Part shown: piece after piece, positions 37,942 to 50,708 of the stretch
How positions within the stretch are numbered: the stretch's first letter is position 1
Layout of the letters: every line of letters starts with the position of its first letter
NCBI GenBank assembly: GCA_013265495.1
Contig: MU063101.1
Coordinates: 6,066,164-6,130,163, forward strand
Origin: Vicugna vicugna
Taxonomy: Eukaryota
Reading direction: 5' to 3'
Length of the DNA stretch: 64,000 nucleotides
Translations under genes and position numbers: made by a program
The notes under the pieces: generated by a model
The model's database searches: none
Told to the model about the DNA's origin: nothing
What the model saw: only the letters and a program-made list of their open reading frames with translations

Positions 37942-38163
37942 GTAGATACTGATAGGCATATGCAGAATAGATAAATAAGATTATACTGTATAGCACAGGG
38001 AAATATATACAAGATCTTGTGGTAGCTCACAATGAAAAAGAATGCGGCAATGAATTTATGTGTGTTCGTGTATAACTGAAAAATTGTACTCTACACTGGA
38101 AATTGACACAACATTGTAAACTGACTATAATGCAATAAAAAAAAGAAAAAACAAACAAAAAAA
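37942..38163 (+). mobile_element. Young camelid-type L1 3' end with A-rich tail
   Basis: ctgtatagcacagggaaatatatacaagatcttgtggtagctcac...aaaaattgtactctacactggaaattgacacaacattgtaaactgactataatgcaataaaaaaaa. Confidence 0.85.
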
Positions 38164-38429
38164 CACTTCCAAGACATACCACCTGAGAATGCCAATTATT
38201 TGCTGTTTTGAGATTAAATTATAATGTGATTTAATAATAATAATAGCATAAATGTTAGAAATGAAAAAGGATAAATATTCCATTCTAACATAGTAGCTCT
38301 TTTTATTATTGCATATCCTCCTTCTTTCTTCCTTTTTTCCCTCCCTCCCTCCCTTCCTTCCTTTCCTTCTGTCTTATATTTAATCTGTTTACTCTTCTTA
38401 GGTACTCTTTTAGGCGCTGGAGATAGAGC

Positions 38430-39060
38430 ATCACAAAACAAAGATTTCTGCCCTCCTGGAGCTTACAGATACTAAACAACAGACATAAAAATAAAGAAAT
38501 TAAATAATGTGGTAGAAGGTTTACATTTTATTGGACAAAAGAAAACATTACCTGGGATAATACGACATGGGATTGCCTGGGGGGAAGGGACAGGTAATGG
38601 AATTAAGGAGACTGTTCAGGGCCAGTAACCTGTGAGCCAAGCCTTCAAGGGGCAGAAGAAGGTCACCGTGTGAACGTATGAAGGGAGAGCTTGGAGAACC
38701 ACCACCACTAAAGCCTTGATGTAGGAGCTTACCTGGAAAATTCCAGGAATGGCAAAGAGGCCTGGGTAGCTGGAGCAAAATGAGTAAGGGAAAAGTATAT
38801 AGAAAAGGAGGTCAGAAAGATGAGATGGGGCCCCATCATGTAGGACCTTGAGGGCTTTGCCCCTCCGTCCAAGTGGAGTTGAGCTGAGAAGCTGTGTAAA
38901 ACTGACTTACACATTTAGGGCATCCCTCTGGCTTTTCTGTGAAGAGGAGATGGAGGCAGGGCAAGGGTGGCAGCAGGGAGACCAGTTGGGGAGCCACTGT
39001 AGTAACTGAGGCAAGAGATGAAGGCTACTGGGCCAAGGTGGAGCAGTGGCCCACACATAC
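38430..39060 (-). mobile_element. L2
   Basis: ctgccctcctggagcttacag...gggtagctggagcaaaatgagtaagg...tgaggcaagagatgaaggc. Confidence 0.75.
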
Positions 39061-39974
39061 CTGTTCCATATGGTTGTAGACCTAATAGACAGCACTGGAA
39101 ATCAGCAGGCCAGAAACCCCAGCAACTTCGCTGTCAGTCTTCCTCTTAGCATTCCTATAAAAGACCATGTAGTTAACAGTGGGACTCAGAATCTGGGAGG
39201 GAGCATGTCTTGGAGAGTTTTGCTGACCCATTGCCTGAAAGTTGTCTAGAAGAGAATATATATGCATTTATTAAATTTCTTCTAATGAACATATTATTGA
39301 ACTATTAGTATTATTGTTTGCTGCTTTGTCCATTTACCTTTATAGAATCTGGTAGACTAAATGTGCTTGAGATTATGAGAATCTTTTCTGCCTAATTTAT
39401 TTTATAAACTGCAAATGTAAATCATACAGCTCTCACGCAATTTCTGTTGAGAGGGTATCAGGGATGTTGCTGTAATTGAGACATTTTAACTTGCGGGGGA
39501 GGGGGGCGCCTGAGGAACCGCGGAGTCAGAATGCCATTTCAATTTTTTAAAAAGATGTTTTTAGTTTTAAAAATAATTTCCAGAGTGTCATTTTTGTAAT
39601 TTTAATTTCAATTTATAGGCTAAACATTGCAATGAGCTTTGGGGGGTATTGCAGCTTGCTTTGGGTCTTTGTCTGCTAATGCTTCTATTATTGCATCCAT
39701 AGTGAAATGAGAACATTAAAAAAAATCTTCTGACATAAGCATTTTCTAACTGCGTCCTGTTATGAGCACCAAACACTCCAGGGAAGCTTGTTTTCGTTGT
39801 TGTTTTGGGGAGTGATGTTGTGGTGGTAGTGGTAGTTTTACTTTACATCTTTTCCACTTTTTTCCATGGCAAGCAGAACAAGGTATGGGTCTGTGGACCT
39901 TGATTGTGAAATACTAGAAATGGAATAAATCTTAAAGATGACCTAAAAAAATATTAAAACAAAAAAAAGATGAC

Positions 39975-40040
39975 CTAGCCTAAGTCTTACATTTTTCAGA
40001 TGGGGAAACTGAGGCTTAGGCTTGTAATGTAACTCGATGA
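39975..40040 (-). mobile_element. MIR core fragment
   Basis: tttttcagatggggaaactgaggcttagg. Confidence 0.55.
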
Positions 40041-40769
40041 AGAGCCAGTACTTACACTGTATTTTCCTGATCTTATTAAAATATGGATTGTATCATACCC
40101 TACTGTAGTCTGAGTCTGACCATGTAAGGTGAGTGATGTCTAGGTTAATGGAATTCTTGTGGGGTTTTATTATGAATTTATTTTTTATTATTATGAATTT
40201 TATTTTTGCTGCAGTATCCTGTTGAAAGAACAATTCTTTAGGTTGATGGCACACATTCAGCTCAAAAAGGGCAAAAGAGATGGAGTTTAAAGCAACCTTT
40301 CTCTCCCCGTAGTTAGGATGCTAGACAAATGATGAGGGAAATGATTTTCTCAAAGAGAAGATGCTCAGTTTCGTCTTCCTGAGGTTGAAGTGGGATGTTC
40401 TGTCTTGCTGTGTGCTGTCTTTCTGTAGAGATTGACCGAATCCTCCCTGCTAGGGAACCACAGACTTACAATTCAACGCTCGCAGGGAGAGTCACACCTC
40501 TCTGTAATAGATGGTAATGACTATAATAAAACAAGGCTGCAGTTCAGAGAACAGGAAAGTATCACTGTTGGCAATAGGGGTGTAAACGTGATCCAATTAA
40601 TGGTCAAACCAACAGGCTCAGGCAGCCATGCAAAATGGAATAAACCCCAAATCAGGGCCCCGAAATGGGGTGCAAATTTGGGTGTTGCATGCTCTCTAGG
40701 TGATCTTGGACAAGATGTTAGGCCTCTGTTTCCTCATGTGTAAAATGAGAATTATAGTGCATATCTTGC

Positions 40770-41197
40770 CAGCTGCAGAGTGAGAGAGAAGAGTTCAGTG
40801 TGACATCTGGTGGCATCTATAAGGCCTACTGTGGAAAGAGCTTCTTTGGCCTGACCACAACCCTCAGACATCAGCCTGCTCAGGAGTTGTCTCCTCTGGA
40901 GAGCATCACTTTGCCCAGAGTCAGCCACATCCAATGACTGATTCCTATAGGAGCTGTAAAGGCCTGGCCCCTCACACCATCCTGGGACAATGCTGAAGAG
41001 CCATCCTAGCTTTACAGCTCCCCACGGGGTCATCTGAGGTCTTTGTGGAGCATCTTAGCTCAGCTTCCTCCTATGCTCAATCCTGTTTCTATCCTGTCCC
41101 TTGCATAGGTGGCAATTCTGTAAGCACTTCCTGAGAAACCCACTGTGTGTTCTTCTCCACCTCAGAGACTGCGTCCCAGAGACCCCAACCTATGACA
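40770..41197 (+). mobile_element. LTR16-like ERVL LTR
   Basis: catccaatgactgattcc...gggacaatgctgaagagccatcctagct...ctcagagactgcgtcccagagaccccaacctatgaca. Confidence 0.7.
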
Positions 41198-42989
41198 ATG
41201 ACCATATATGTATAAAAGTGTGTATATAAGGACGTGCGTCAAGAATGTTTCCACTGCTGTCTCTGTCAGTCCCTCCTGAGAATGACCACCCCTCTGATAG
41301 CCCACCTTGCCCTGGATATTCTCTTCATTCTGCAGTTCTCATCATTCTCTACCCCGTCAGCATTTACTGGCCACTGAATTTTAAATTCTGTCACCTTCTT
41401 TTGGGAGTGGTCTGTGTGTCCAGGTGCAGGAATGGAGGGTGGAGGTAGTGGTGCTGGTGACCAGACCAGGCATTTCAGCAGTCTTTGGTTCAGAACTTAG
41501 CAATTCAGATGAATAGTTTCAAAGAATTAAATGTTTTCTTCCTATTTTTATCTTTAACCATTTATCAACTAGTTGAGTAGATTTCTAATGATAAACAATT
41601 CGTTTTCAAGTATTCAAGACCCCAACCAAGTCAAAAGTAAATTTTATTTTTAAAGGCACAACCTGAATTTACATCAATGTGTTGGCTGTATTTTGCTTTG
41701 AATGATGGAATTATAGGTCATATTTTTCTGGTTTTCACTGTTTCTATTTCCCCCCCAAATTTTCTTTTTTTCCCCCCAAATTTTCTAAATAAAGAACACA
41801 TACTACTTTTGTACATGAAAAAAAAATGTTTTATTAAGAAAATCCCATCACTATATTCCTGGCAGCTATGTTAAGATAATCTTAAATGCTTCTGACCTCT
41901 GTGAAACGAGCACCCTGTTTGAACCTGGTGGTAGGACTTGAGGGCTTTCTTGTCAAGGCAGAATCATTAGAGGACAGGGCATATTTCATGCTACAGCTCA
42001 TAATCTCAGAAAATTGACTTTTTTCAGTGCAAATTATTGAAAAAATGTGAGCATCGCAGGCTGGGTTGGGAAATTTCATCTCCCTTTTTACAGATGTTCA
42101 CTAACATAACAAAACGTTAGTGAATGTTTAGCCTGTACCCTTGTCTGTTCTAAGCAGAGACTGAATAAAAATATGTCAGAAGTAAGCCAACTAGACTAGG
42201 AAGGCATTTTCATCCAGAAAAAAAAAAAAAAAAGATGTGAAATATGCGGTCACCAAAGAAGGGCCACCGTGTTTTATTTTGCAATTATGAAAATTTGTCT
42301 CTTTTGACAAGTGAAATGAATTAAGGCACTCAGGCATGGGGAAAAAGTTGAATTGTCTGAAAATTAAATCAAAGTAAAAATGAAAAATATAAATGGGTGT
42401 TTCATATTCACTAACATGGGAGTCATCTTTTAGATCTGACATTTTGAAGCAATCCCCGAGAAACTTGATAGCTCATACCTCTGAGTAAATTATAGTCCTG
42501 AGCAGTGTGGAAATAATTGAGAATGTTTGTTGTTTTTAAATAAATGCAATAAATCTGGAATAGCGTCAGTGGTCTAGAGTATAAGGAGCACCATTTTATC
42601 CCCTGAGATGTGTGATGTGCTGAGATCTATATCACAGGGAGACACGTATATGCAGACATAATGGGTGTGACAGGACCTGGGTTTACACACATGCACATTT
42701 ATAAGGACAGCAGCATAGAGTTGACCAAAGAGGGAGGATGTCCAACAGAGAGCATGTTTGGCTCCACCATGACCTAGAGGAATGGCCTGGGGCAGGTCAT
42801 TTCTTTTTAAAACAGAGAAATGATGGTTAAGTCTGTGCCTTCTAGGGGTGCTGGGAAGATTGATGAGCACTAATTCAGTTGCTGCCATTATGGCAGATGC
42901 TTAAACATCTTTGACCATCGTGCCTGGCACTGAATAGGTGAGTAGGGCCTCTATGGATGGTAATCAAAAATCCACCTGAGTACTTTTCA

Positions 42990-43200
42990 TAATCTATGTG
43001 TGTCTGTTTTACTGTGTCTGCTTCGTGTATATGAGTGTAGTATTGTGTGTGCACATATACATATACTTTATGTGTGTGTGTACCTTGTATGCGTGCTTTG
43101 TGTTGTGTATATATACGTATATGCATGGATACAATTTGTGTGTCTGTGTGTGCTCTGTGTGTACTCTGTGCATTGTGTGTGTGTGTGCTTTGGTTTGGGC
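42990..43200. repeat. Degenerate (TG/TA)n low-complexity repeat
   Basis: About 200 bp of interrupted tgtg/tata units. Explains the overlapping ORFs at 42875-43333. Confidence 0.85.
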
Positions 43201-43919
43201 ATATTTGAGAAATGAGGCACCTTCCTGGACTAGCAGTGAACCATTTTTTGTGCCTCATAGGCCTGCAGCTCCGCTGAGGAGAACTCAAGAAGTAAACTTG
43301 GTGCTTTGGTTTTTAAATGAGCAACTGAATTGACTGCCTCAGTTCCTGTTCATCCTTAAGAACACATAAGTATAGTATATAATACATATACACGTATGTA
43401 TTTAAGTTTGGGTATTTTTTAGTCATGACTCAGTAAAGTTTTGGGTACCTTACATGATTTAAAAATGGATAAGCCCACAAAATGCTGTCTTGTGGGTAAC
43501 TAATGAGGTTGGGAGTCGTGAAGTTTTTAATTAGTTTCATAGTCAAGGCTGATTTATTCAAGACAAAGAAACCCTTTGACCAAACTTGAGTAAAGAGATT
43601 CATGATAAGAAACTGAGAGTATAAGAGTAAAAGGAAAAATCTAGCTGTAAGCCTTTGACATCCCTGTCTGTATCTATTCTCCCTTCTTCCCTCCCCTTCT
43701 CCCTAGGAAAATGTATCTTCTCCCTTCTCTTGGCTTTACACATCTGCCCCAACTGTCCAATTTTTCTGGTTTTGCATTTTGAGCTGGTTCTTTCTGCTTC
43801 CTTATTACACATGGGCACCCAAACGGTCACTCTGCTTGGCCTTCACTGACACCGTTATTCCCTGTTCTCATCCCTGTTTTCTCCCTTCCCAGCAGTTTCA
43901 CTCTTCACACCCACCTCAT

Positions 43920-44070
43920 TTATCTTTGTGTTTATTCTTCTTCCCCACTGGACCCAGGCTTCATAAGAGCACATGCCATATCTGTCTGGTTTACTCAGCC
44001 TCAGAGCCTCCCATGGCACCTGGCACACAAGAGTTGCTAAATATCTGCTAAGTGAATGAATGGATGAACA
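43920..44070 (+). mobile_element. L2 3' end
   Basis: gcacctggcacacaagagttgctaaatatctgctaagtgaatgaatggatgaa. Confidence 0.7.
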
Positions 44071-44099
44071 GCAGACCTACATCCTACATGATTCTTGTG

Positions 44100-44500
44100 A
44101 CTCTCTTGTTTTCACTCAGCTAACATTCCTATTGCTTTTTTCTAACAACAGCCCCTCCATTTTCCTTTGATGCCAGGCCCAGCTAATCAGCATATTTCAT
44201 CCTCTAACTACAAAAAACAGGTTTGAGCTTGGGACCCTAACTAATCCAATGAGACTTAGTTCTAACTTTTACTGGAACTATTAAAAAAAAAAAAAAAGGG
44301 TGACTAAGCTGTGAGTCTGTTTCCAGGGCTTCCAGAATCTATTTTGCTGTGCAAGAATGAAGTCAACAGAGGAAAGCATATGCAAAAGTTAGAAAGTTTT
44401 GATGAAATTGTTATAGTCCCTGGTTCTAGCCTTACCTGAAACAGAATGCTTCTGGACTTTTCAGTTGCATAATGCAAAGCATTCTTCCCTCTTCTCCCTC
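44100..44500 (+). mobile_element. Old MaLR LTR remnant (MLT1H-J-like)
   Basis: cttgggaccctaactaatccaatgaga...gatgaaattgttatagtccctggttctagccttacctgaa. Confidence 0.45.
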
Positions 44501-46244
44501 AGCTTTTCCTTTTTTAGTAAGTCCATCAGATTTGGGATCCCTGTTCTAAATCTCAGCCTTTTCCATCCTGAATTCACCTGATGGAAAGGCAAGCACTCCC
44601 TGGGGCAGGCAGCTGAGAGCAGAGTTTCCCTTGGGATGAGCTAGGGCCCAGCGTAAGTCTCTCAGAGTGTTGAGGGCACTTCTCTGCCAAGTGCCTATGA
44701 CAGAGAACTGGTGGGGTGAGGTTCATTTTGTTCAAATAATGTTCTAAGAAAATTTTAAAATAAGTTAGGTGTGGGCTTATATTACTTTCAGCCCAAGCAT
44801 CTTAACTGAAAAAACCCTCCAGGGAAGAGTTAACTTAGAGCTAACTAAGTTGGCCACGATGTGTGCCAAGTTTTCATGAGTCATCCATCCTTGTCCTGGC
44901 AGCTGTGGTCAGAGGGTCAACATAAATTTTGCCTCTTCCATGCTCAGTCAGAACATGAAGAAGTTTCTTTCAGGAGGTATGGGATCAAGGAGCAAAAAGA
45001 GCAGGAGAAACAATAGGCTTTTCTAGTATAACGGATAGCATCTATTTGAGTCTGTGTTGAAGGCTGAGCTGGTGGTGCAGCAAGGAGTGGTGAAGTCTAT
45101 GATGCTTAAAAAGGTTTTGGCTGAACTCTCCAGAAAGTTCCTGGAAGAACCCCGAGCCTTCCTGGTTGTAGAGGTAGGAAAGAGGGAACTGAAGGCTGAC
45201 CTTCCCTCTAGCTTCTTGAAAGATAAAATAGAGGCTGTGTACCTTCACACAGCAAAAGGACTAGGGCATCTTTTCCTTGTCAAGTCCTGTTTCCTCCTCA
45301 GTTTTTCCAAGTCTTTGGTTCATTTGACAGTTTCCTTTGTGGGAATGCTCACTTGGGCTTCATACACAGACAGCTTAACAGAACTAACACCCCACTGGGG
45401 TCCCAACCTTCCTTTTCCCCATTTCACTTACGGAGGAGGAAAGTGTCGCTGTGGCACATAGCTGAGAACTGAGCACCCCTTGGGGTGGGGCCAAGCCCAG
45501 TGGTCTGAGCCCCTTGAAGAGTGGACTGCCTCTAATGAAGTTCCAGTGGGGCACGTTGTTTAGGAGGTGAGGGTTGGGTAGAGGTCCCTAGTAGGTTCAG
45601 GTCTTGATAGGCACAGTCATTGGAGCTTTTGCCTGAGAGACAAAAGGACTCCTGTGGGGGCGGGTGCCAAGGCCCTTTAGAGGAGTACAGGGCTGGCTGG
45701 GAGGGACCTCAGCTGACCAGGGGCCCCACTGCCTTTCCAGAGGAGAGCAAAAGGAGGGGAGCACCAAGCTTTGATGGCTGGCAGCCCAGGTGGAAGCCCA
45801 GCCCTGCCTCCCCCTACTCCTGTTCCCTGTACATCTAATGCCTTTGTGACTCAGTTTTCTTCTTGATAAAGTAGGGGTGAGGAGACTGGCCTGGCGGGCC
45901 TGCTGAAATTATTAGACAAGAAAAGTGTGTGAAGTGTTGTGTGTGGTCTCTGGCAGATGGGATGGGCTTGGCCCAGGCCACTGCTCCTCTGATTTCTCGC
46001 CCTTCCTGCTTTGAGTTGGATGTGCAAACCTGGGCCCAACAGTGCTCAGGGAGACTATCTTCTTTCGCACATCAGATACAGCACCTGACTAATGGCAGGT
46101 GCTCGGTGTATATTTCAGTTCCTTCCTTTATGGGCTCAGTGAATTTCTACTGAACACATGCTCTGTGCTGTGATCTGCATTAGACACAGTTGATACATCA
46201 GGGGCAAGGCAGATGTTGTCCTTACACCTTCATGCTTTGTGCAG

Positions 46245-46563
46245 TTTAGCCAATACCAGGAGCTGCCCTTTGCTCATCCCTGCCTTGGGCCATAGCCTCT
46301 TTTTTCTCTCATCCATGCTATGAAATTGGTGTTATTATCTCTGCTTTATAAAAAGCAGCTATAACTTAGGGGGATGCAAGCTCTTGTATATATGAAGGAA
46401 TGAAACAGAATGGACTCTGGGGCAAGAGAGGGCTTCATGACCTGTGAACAAAATCTGAGCTGCGGGCTCTCCTGTAGGCCAGAGCAGGCCCGGACTTCCC
46501 AGATTGAGGAGAAGGGCTGGGTGTGCCTCAGTGAGATTACTGAGATCTCTTTTCTGACACTAG

Positions 46564-46624
<61 letters not shown>

Positions 46625-46964
46625 AGATAGACAGAGACTGTACAGTATTTAGCCAATACCAGGAGCTGCCCTTTGCTCATCCCTGCCTTGGGCCATAGCC
46701 TCTTTTTTCTCTCATCCATGCTATGAAATTGGTGTTATTATCTCTGCTTTATAAAAAGCAGCTATAACTTAGGGGGATGCAAGCTCTTGTATATATGAAG
46801 GAATGAAACAGAATGGACTCTGGGGCAAGAGAGGGCTTCATGACCTGTGAACAAAATCTGAGCTGCGGGCTCTCCTGTAGGCCAGAGCAGGCCCGGACTT
46901 CCCAGATTGAGGAGAAGGGCTGGGTGTGCCTCAGTGAGATTACTGAGATCTCTTTTCTGACACG

Positions 46965-47010
<46 letters not shown>

Positions 47011-47047
47011 GAGAGAGTCAGGGGGAGATAGACAGAGACTGTACAGT
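46245..47047. repeat. Tandem duplication of ~402 bp containing a (GT)n(GA)n microsatellite
   Basis: 46245-46647 and 46648-47047 look identical by eye for about 310 bp and differ only around the microsatellite. Confidence 0.95.
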
Positions 47048-47059
47048 TTGCACCCTGAT

Positions 47060-47200
47060 TTGATTTACAGCTAAGCCTCAGTTTCCCCATCTGAAAAGTG
47101 AGGATAATGGTTTGTCTACCCTCAGAACTAAGTGCAGTGGGGCCTGTGACGTGCTCAGCCCAGAGCCTGGCACAAGCCCTGTGCTGCATGAGTGTGAGCC
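47060..47200 (+). mobile_element. MIR fragment
   Basis: aagcctcagtttccccatctgaaaagtgaggataatgg. Confidence 0.7.
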
Positions 47201-47831
47201 CTGCCCAGGCCCATGTGAGTGGGGCTGTGTGATCCCATCTCACTGCTGGGCAGATGGGGGTTCAGGGGGCCTTGATATTTACTGCTCTTCTGGGGGTGTC
47301 ACAGCTGCTTGGGGGACACCCAAATCCAGAGCCTTCTCATCTGACTCCAAAGCCCTCTCTGTGATGGATTATTGATTTTTTTCTTCCCTTTTAATAATGC
47401 TGGTTTCGCGTACACAGTGACCCAAGAGTTTGCAAGTTGGAGAGTCAGCTGTGGCATTCTGGCCACTGTCGCTATTTTCTTGGTTTTGGGGGAAGGTCTT
47501 TCTGACTAACAGCAATGTCCCCCTCCCTAGTAGGACCCTGGTCCTGAGGAGCAGCACTGTCAGACACAAAGTTACACTTCTGTTTTATAAAAACATGTTT
47601 TAAAATTAAATTAACAAAAACTGCATGTAGTAAAAAAAAAAATCAAGCAGAACAAGAAGGTTCTAAGTCAAAACGGAATGTCACTTCAAGTTCAGACTCT
47701 CAGATTCCAGGAGCAACTATGGTTGTAGCAGTTTCTTGTTTTTAAAATTTTCAAATTTTTCTACTCATTTGCAAGTGTTTCTAGCTTGTGTGTGTGCATG
47801 TATGTCTCCATTAATACCAATGGGTGCTTAC

Positions 47832-47872
47832 TGTACACACACGCACGCACGCACGCGCACACACACACACAC
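47832..47872. repeat. (CA)/(CACG) alternating purine-pyrimidine microsatellite
   Basis: tgtacacacacgcacgcacgcacgcgcacacacacacacac. Confidence 0.9.
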
Positions 47873-48018
47873 TGCCATTTGTGACCCTCAGTAACAGAGA
47901 ATATTCTACATCACCTCCACTAGATCTAGCTCATTCTTTATTCACCTCATCAGGTGAATTAGATCCAGGCTAACTAGATGTCTTCTAAGGAAAGCTGTAT
48001 AAGCCTTGCCTTTTAGAC

Positions 48019-48238
48019 TAGGAGTTGGCAAACTTATTTTTTAAAGGGCCAGATAATCATTATTTTAGGCTTCGTGGGTCAGATGGCCTCTCTCAGAACT
48101 ACTCAGCTCTGCCCTCGTAGTGCAAAAGTAGCCAAAGACCATATGTGAATGAATACGCATGTCTGTGTTCTACTACAATTTTATTTACAAAAACAAAGGG
48201 CTGTATTTGTCCTGAGGGCTGCATTTTCCAAAACCTTG
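48019..48238 (+). mobile_element. MER58A-like hAT MITE
   Basis: taggagttggcaaact...aagggccagata...actactcagctctgcc...ttttatttacaaaaaca. Degenerate 8-bp TSD ttttagac/ttctacac. Confidence 0.85.
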
Positions 48239-49249
48239 TTCTACACTGTGCGTAATTGGTTGTCTGGCAAAAAGATCAACACCTCAATTTGCAGATTCCA
48301 AATGGCCTGATTCTTATGTATCTGAAACCCTTCAGTTGCAGGCATAAGATATGCAAAGTAGCTGAAGAAATGGATAAATATGCATTTATACAGATGTTTG
48401 GACATTCAAGGTATTGGACCTTAGGATCATGTCACCTGGAGAGTGAAAGAAGCTGGAAGTTCTAAAGTTTTCACAAATCCCTATGTAGCTTACCCTCTTT
48501 ATTAACATAATATAGTTAATATCTTAATATAATATCTAATTACCCTAATACACATTAATTAATTTAATCTTCCCCTCTCTGGCCACCTTCATGGCATGGA
48601 CAGGGCTAAAACATTGTTTAGAAAACAAGAGAGTAGTTCTGCTGCTCCCCCGGGAAGGAACAAAACTGCCTGGGGCCTACTCAAGAAGGGAACTCAGGCC
48701 CTGAGGGAGGAAGCACTTCTTAGCAGCACAAGGGAGGTGAGCACTGTTGGCCAAAGCATGAAACAAGCACTGTCAGTGCTCACGGTGCTGTGGGCTGAGG
48801 GTGGCAGAGGCATGGAGGGAGATTGGAGGATCTGGAGGGAGCAGGAGGCAGAGGCAGGCTCTGAGCAGAGAGTAGCAGCCTGGGTAGGAGCCAAGTGGGG
48901 CCCTGGGGTTCCCAGAAGATGCTTTAGAAGGGGACTTTGAGTTATATATGTCATGGGCACATATGATTTGAATAAAGCTCTGCTTTGTTCCCTGTGGTAC
49001 CCCTGTGCCTCCAACAGTGCCTCAAGCATAATAGGGCTCAGTCAGCGTTTATTGGATGAATGAATAGTTGAATGAATGAATGGGGGTAATGCTTACTACT
49101 AAAATGACTTTTTATAGTCAGTGTGACAACTATCTATTTGCATATCAAGTCATGTGAACAGTGGTTGGCATATAACAAGTGCACAAAGTGTAGTGGCTTT
49201 AATGTTATCAGCTACTGTCACAGTGGATTTTGAATGCAAATGCAAGTAA

Positions 49250-49420
49250 TAATGATGACAGTGACAAACATTTGTTGATGAGATATACTACGCAAGTTCC
49301 CGTTTCAAATACTTTAAATGAATTCCTTCGTTTAATTTGTACAATAAATTAGGCTAACTACTACTGTTATTCCATTTTACAGATGAGAAAACTGAGTCAT
49401 ATATTAACTTATATGAAACT
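49250..49420 (-). mobile_element. MIR
   Basis: ttattccattttacagatgagaaaactgagtca. Confidence 0.75.
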
Positions 49421-49466
49421 CTACAGCTAGATGTGAAGCAAAAGTATACCTCTGGTGTTTGTTTGG

Positions 49467-49652
49467 CAGTGGTTCTCTAACTCCAGTGAGACTCAGACTC
49501 TCATGGAGGGCGTATACACATAGATTTCTGGGCCCCACTCCTGGAGATTTTGGTTCAGTGGGTCTGAGGAAGGGCCCAGGAATTTGCATTTCTAACACGT
49601 TTTCCTTTGATGGTGGTATTATTGGCTCAGGGGCCCTACTTGATAACCATTG
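49467..49652. mobile_element. MER5A-like hAT MITE
   Basis: cagtggttctc...ctggagattttggttcagtgggtctgagg...ggaatttgcatttctaaca...tgataaccattg. Confidence 0.85.
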
Positions 49653-49720
49653 ATTTAGAGAATTTTGTGACTCTTTGTTCTTTAAAAAATAAAAAAAGGT
49701 AATCCCAGTGAAGTCCAAAT

Positions 49721-50149
49721 TATTACCAAGTCCAAACTCGTTCTGCTCATTGCACGACAGGCCAATAAATTTGGAGACAAGGTGTTGGGGGAAGGAATCG
49801 CGACTTTATTAGGAAAGCTGGCAGACTGAGAGGATGGCAGACTAATGTCTTAGAGAACTATTCTCCCCTAGTCAGAATACAGGCTCCTTTTATACAGAAG
49901 AGGGAAGGGGGTGTGGTTGGTTGTTGCAAACTTCTTGATGTAGGAATTCTTTGTTCTCGCAGCTGTCCATATGGGCCAGCTCATGGTGCTCCTGCAAAAC
50001 CTCCAAAACAAATGTTATTCCCTGTTTCGCAACTTGTTATCTTTACGTGAGTGCAGAGCTAGAAAGACTAAGCCTAGAAAACAGGGCACAGGGTTAAAAA
50101 CCAAAGGAACAGATCTAATATGGAGGCAGATTTGTTTTTTCCTATTACA
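49721..50149 (-). mobile_element. ERV1-type solo LTR (429 bp), same family as 24641-25148
   Basis: Shares text such as gactttattaggaaagctggcagactgagaggatgg and gttgttgcaaacttcttg with the 24.6-kb LTR. Ends ttaca; TSD imperfect (aaat/aatt). Confidence 0.85.
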
Positions 50150-50198
50150 AATTCAGTTAATTTCTTGCTAGTCTTGAACCCTTAAAGAACCTTTTCAG

Positions 50199-50708
50199 GG
50201 TTGACTGAAAAAAAATGCACAACCTAAAGTTGAGTTTTGCTTTATTTGGCGGAGTTTCTGTGACTTCAAGCCCAGGAGACAGCCTCTCAGATTGCTCTGA
50301 GGGACTGCTCTGAAGAGGTAAGGGAAGAGCCAGGATAAATGAGTTTTTGCAACAAAGACCCGGTAGTTGGAACATCAAAAGATTACTGTTAATTAAAGAA
50401 AACCAGGTATATCAAGGTAAGGAATTTAGCACTTTTGTATATATGGAAAGATGTAAAAGTTTGGGCTCATTTAAATCATTCCTTTGATATGCACATTAGC
50501 TTTCTAGGGCCAGTATCCTGTGCTTTCCCATCCTGAGTCTCCTCGGGGTGTACTGTTGGGGGTGGCTGTGGCTGATAGTAACATGGCTGGCATCCTGTTT
50601 CATCCTGAGTTTCCTCAGGGCTCACTGTTGGAGTGGCTGCAGTGTGATGTCTTGATGGCTGCATCATCCTTTGTTTACTGATATGGCAGGCAATAGTTTT
50701 CATTCACA
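50199..50708 (-). mobile_element. ERV1-type solo LTR (510 bp), second family
   Basis: gttgactgaaaaaaaatgcacaacc...gcccaggagacagcctctcagattgctctgag...cattcaca. Antisense AATAAA at 50241-50246; TSD tcag/ttag (one mismatch). Confidence 0.8.

Noticed and set aside
45042-45461. 135-aa E/K/L/V-rich plus-strand ORF and a minus-strand TCC|GTAAGT donor at 45431
   Set aside because: No ATG start, no recognisable domain, and several repeat-derived ORFs here are as long or longer; BLASTP would be needed to revive it.
46410-47031. Two 'paralogous' ORFs MDSGAREGF...CVCVCV
   Set aside because: By-product of the tandem duplication and the GT microsatellite.
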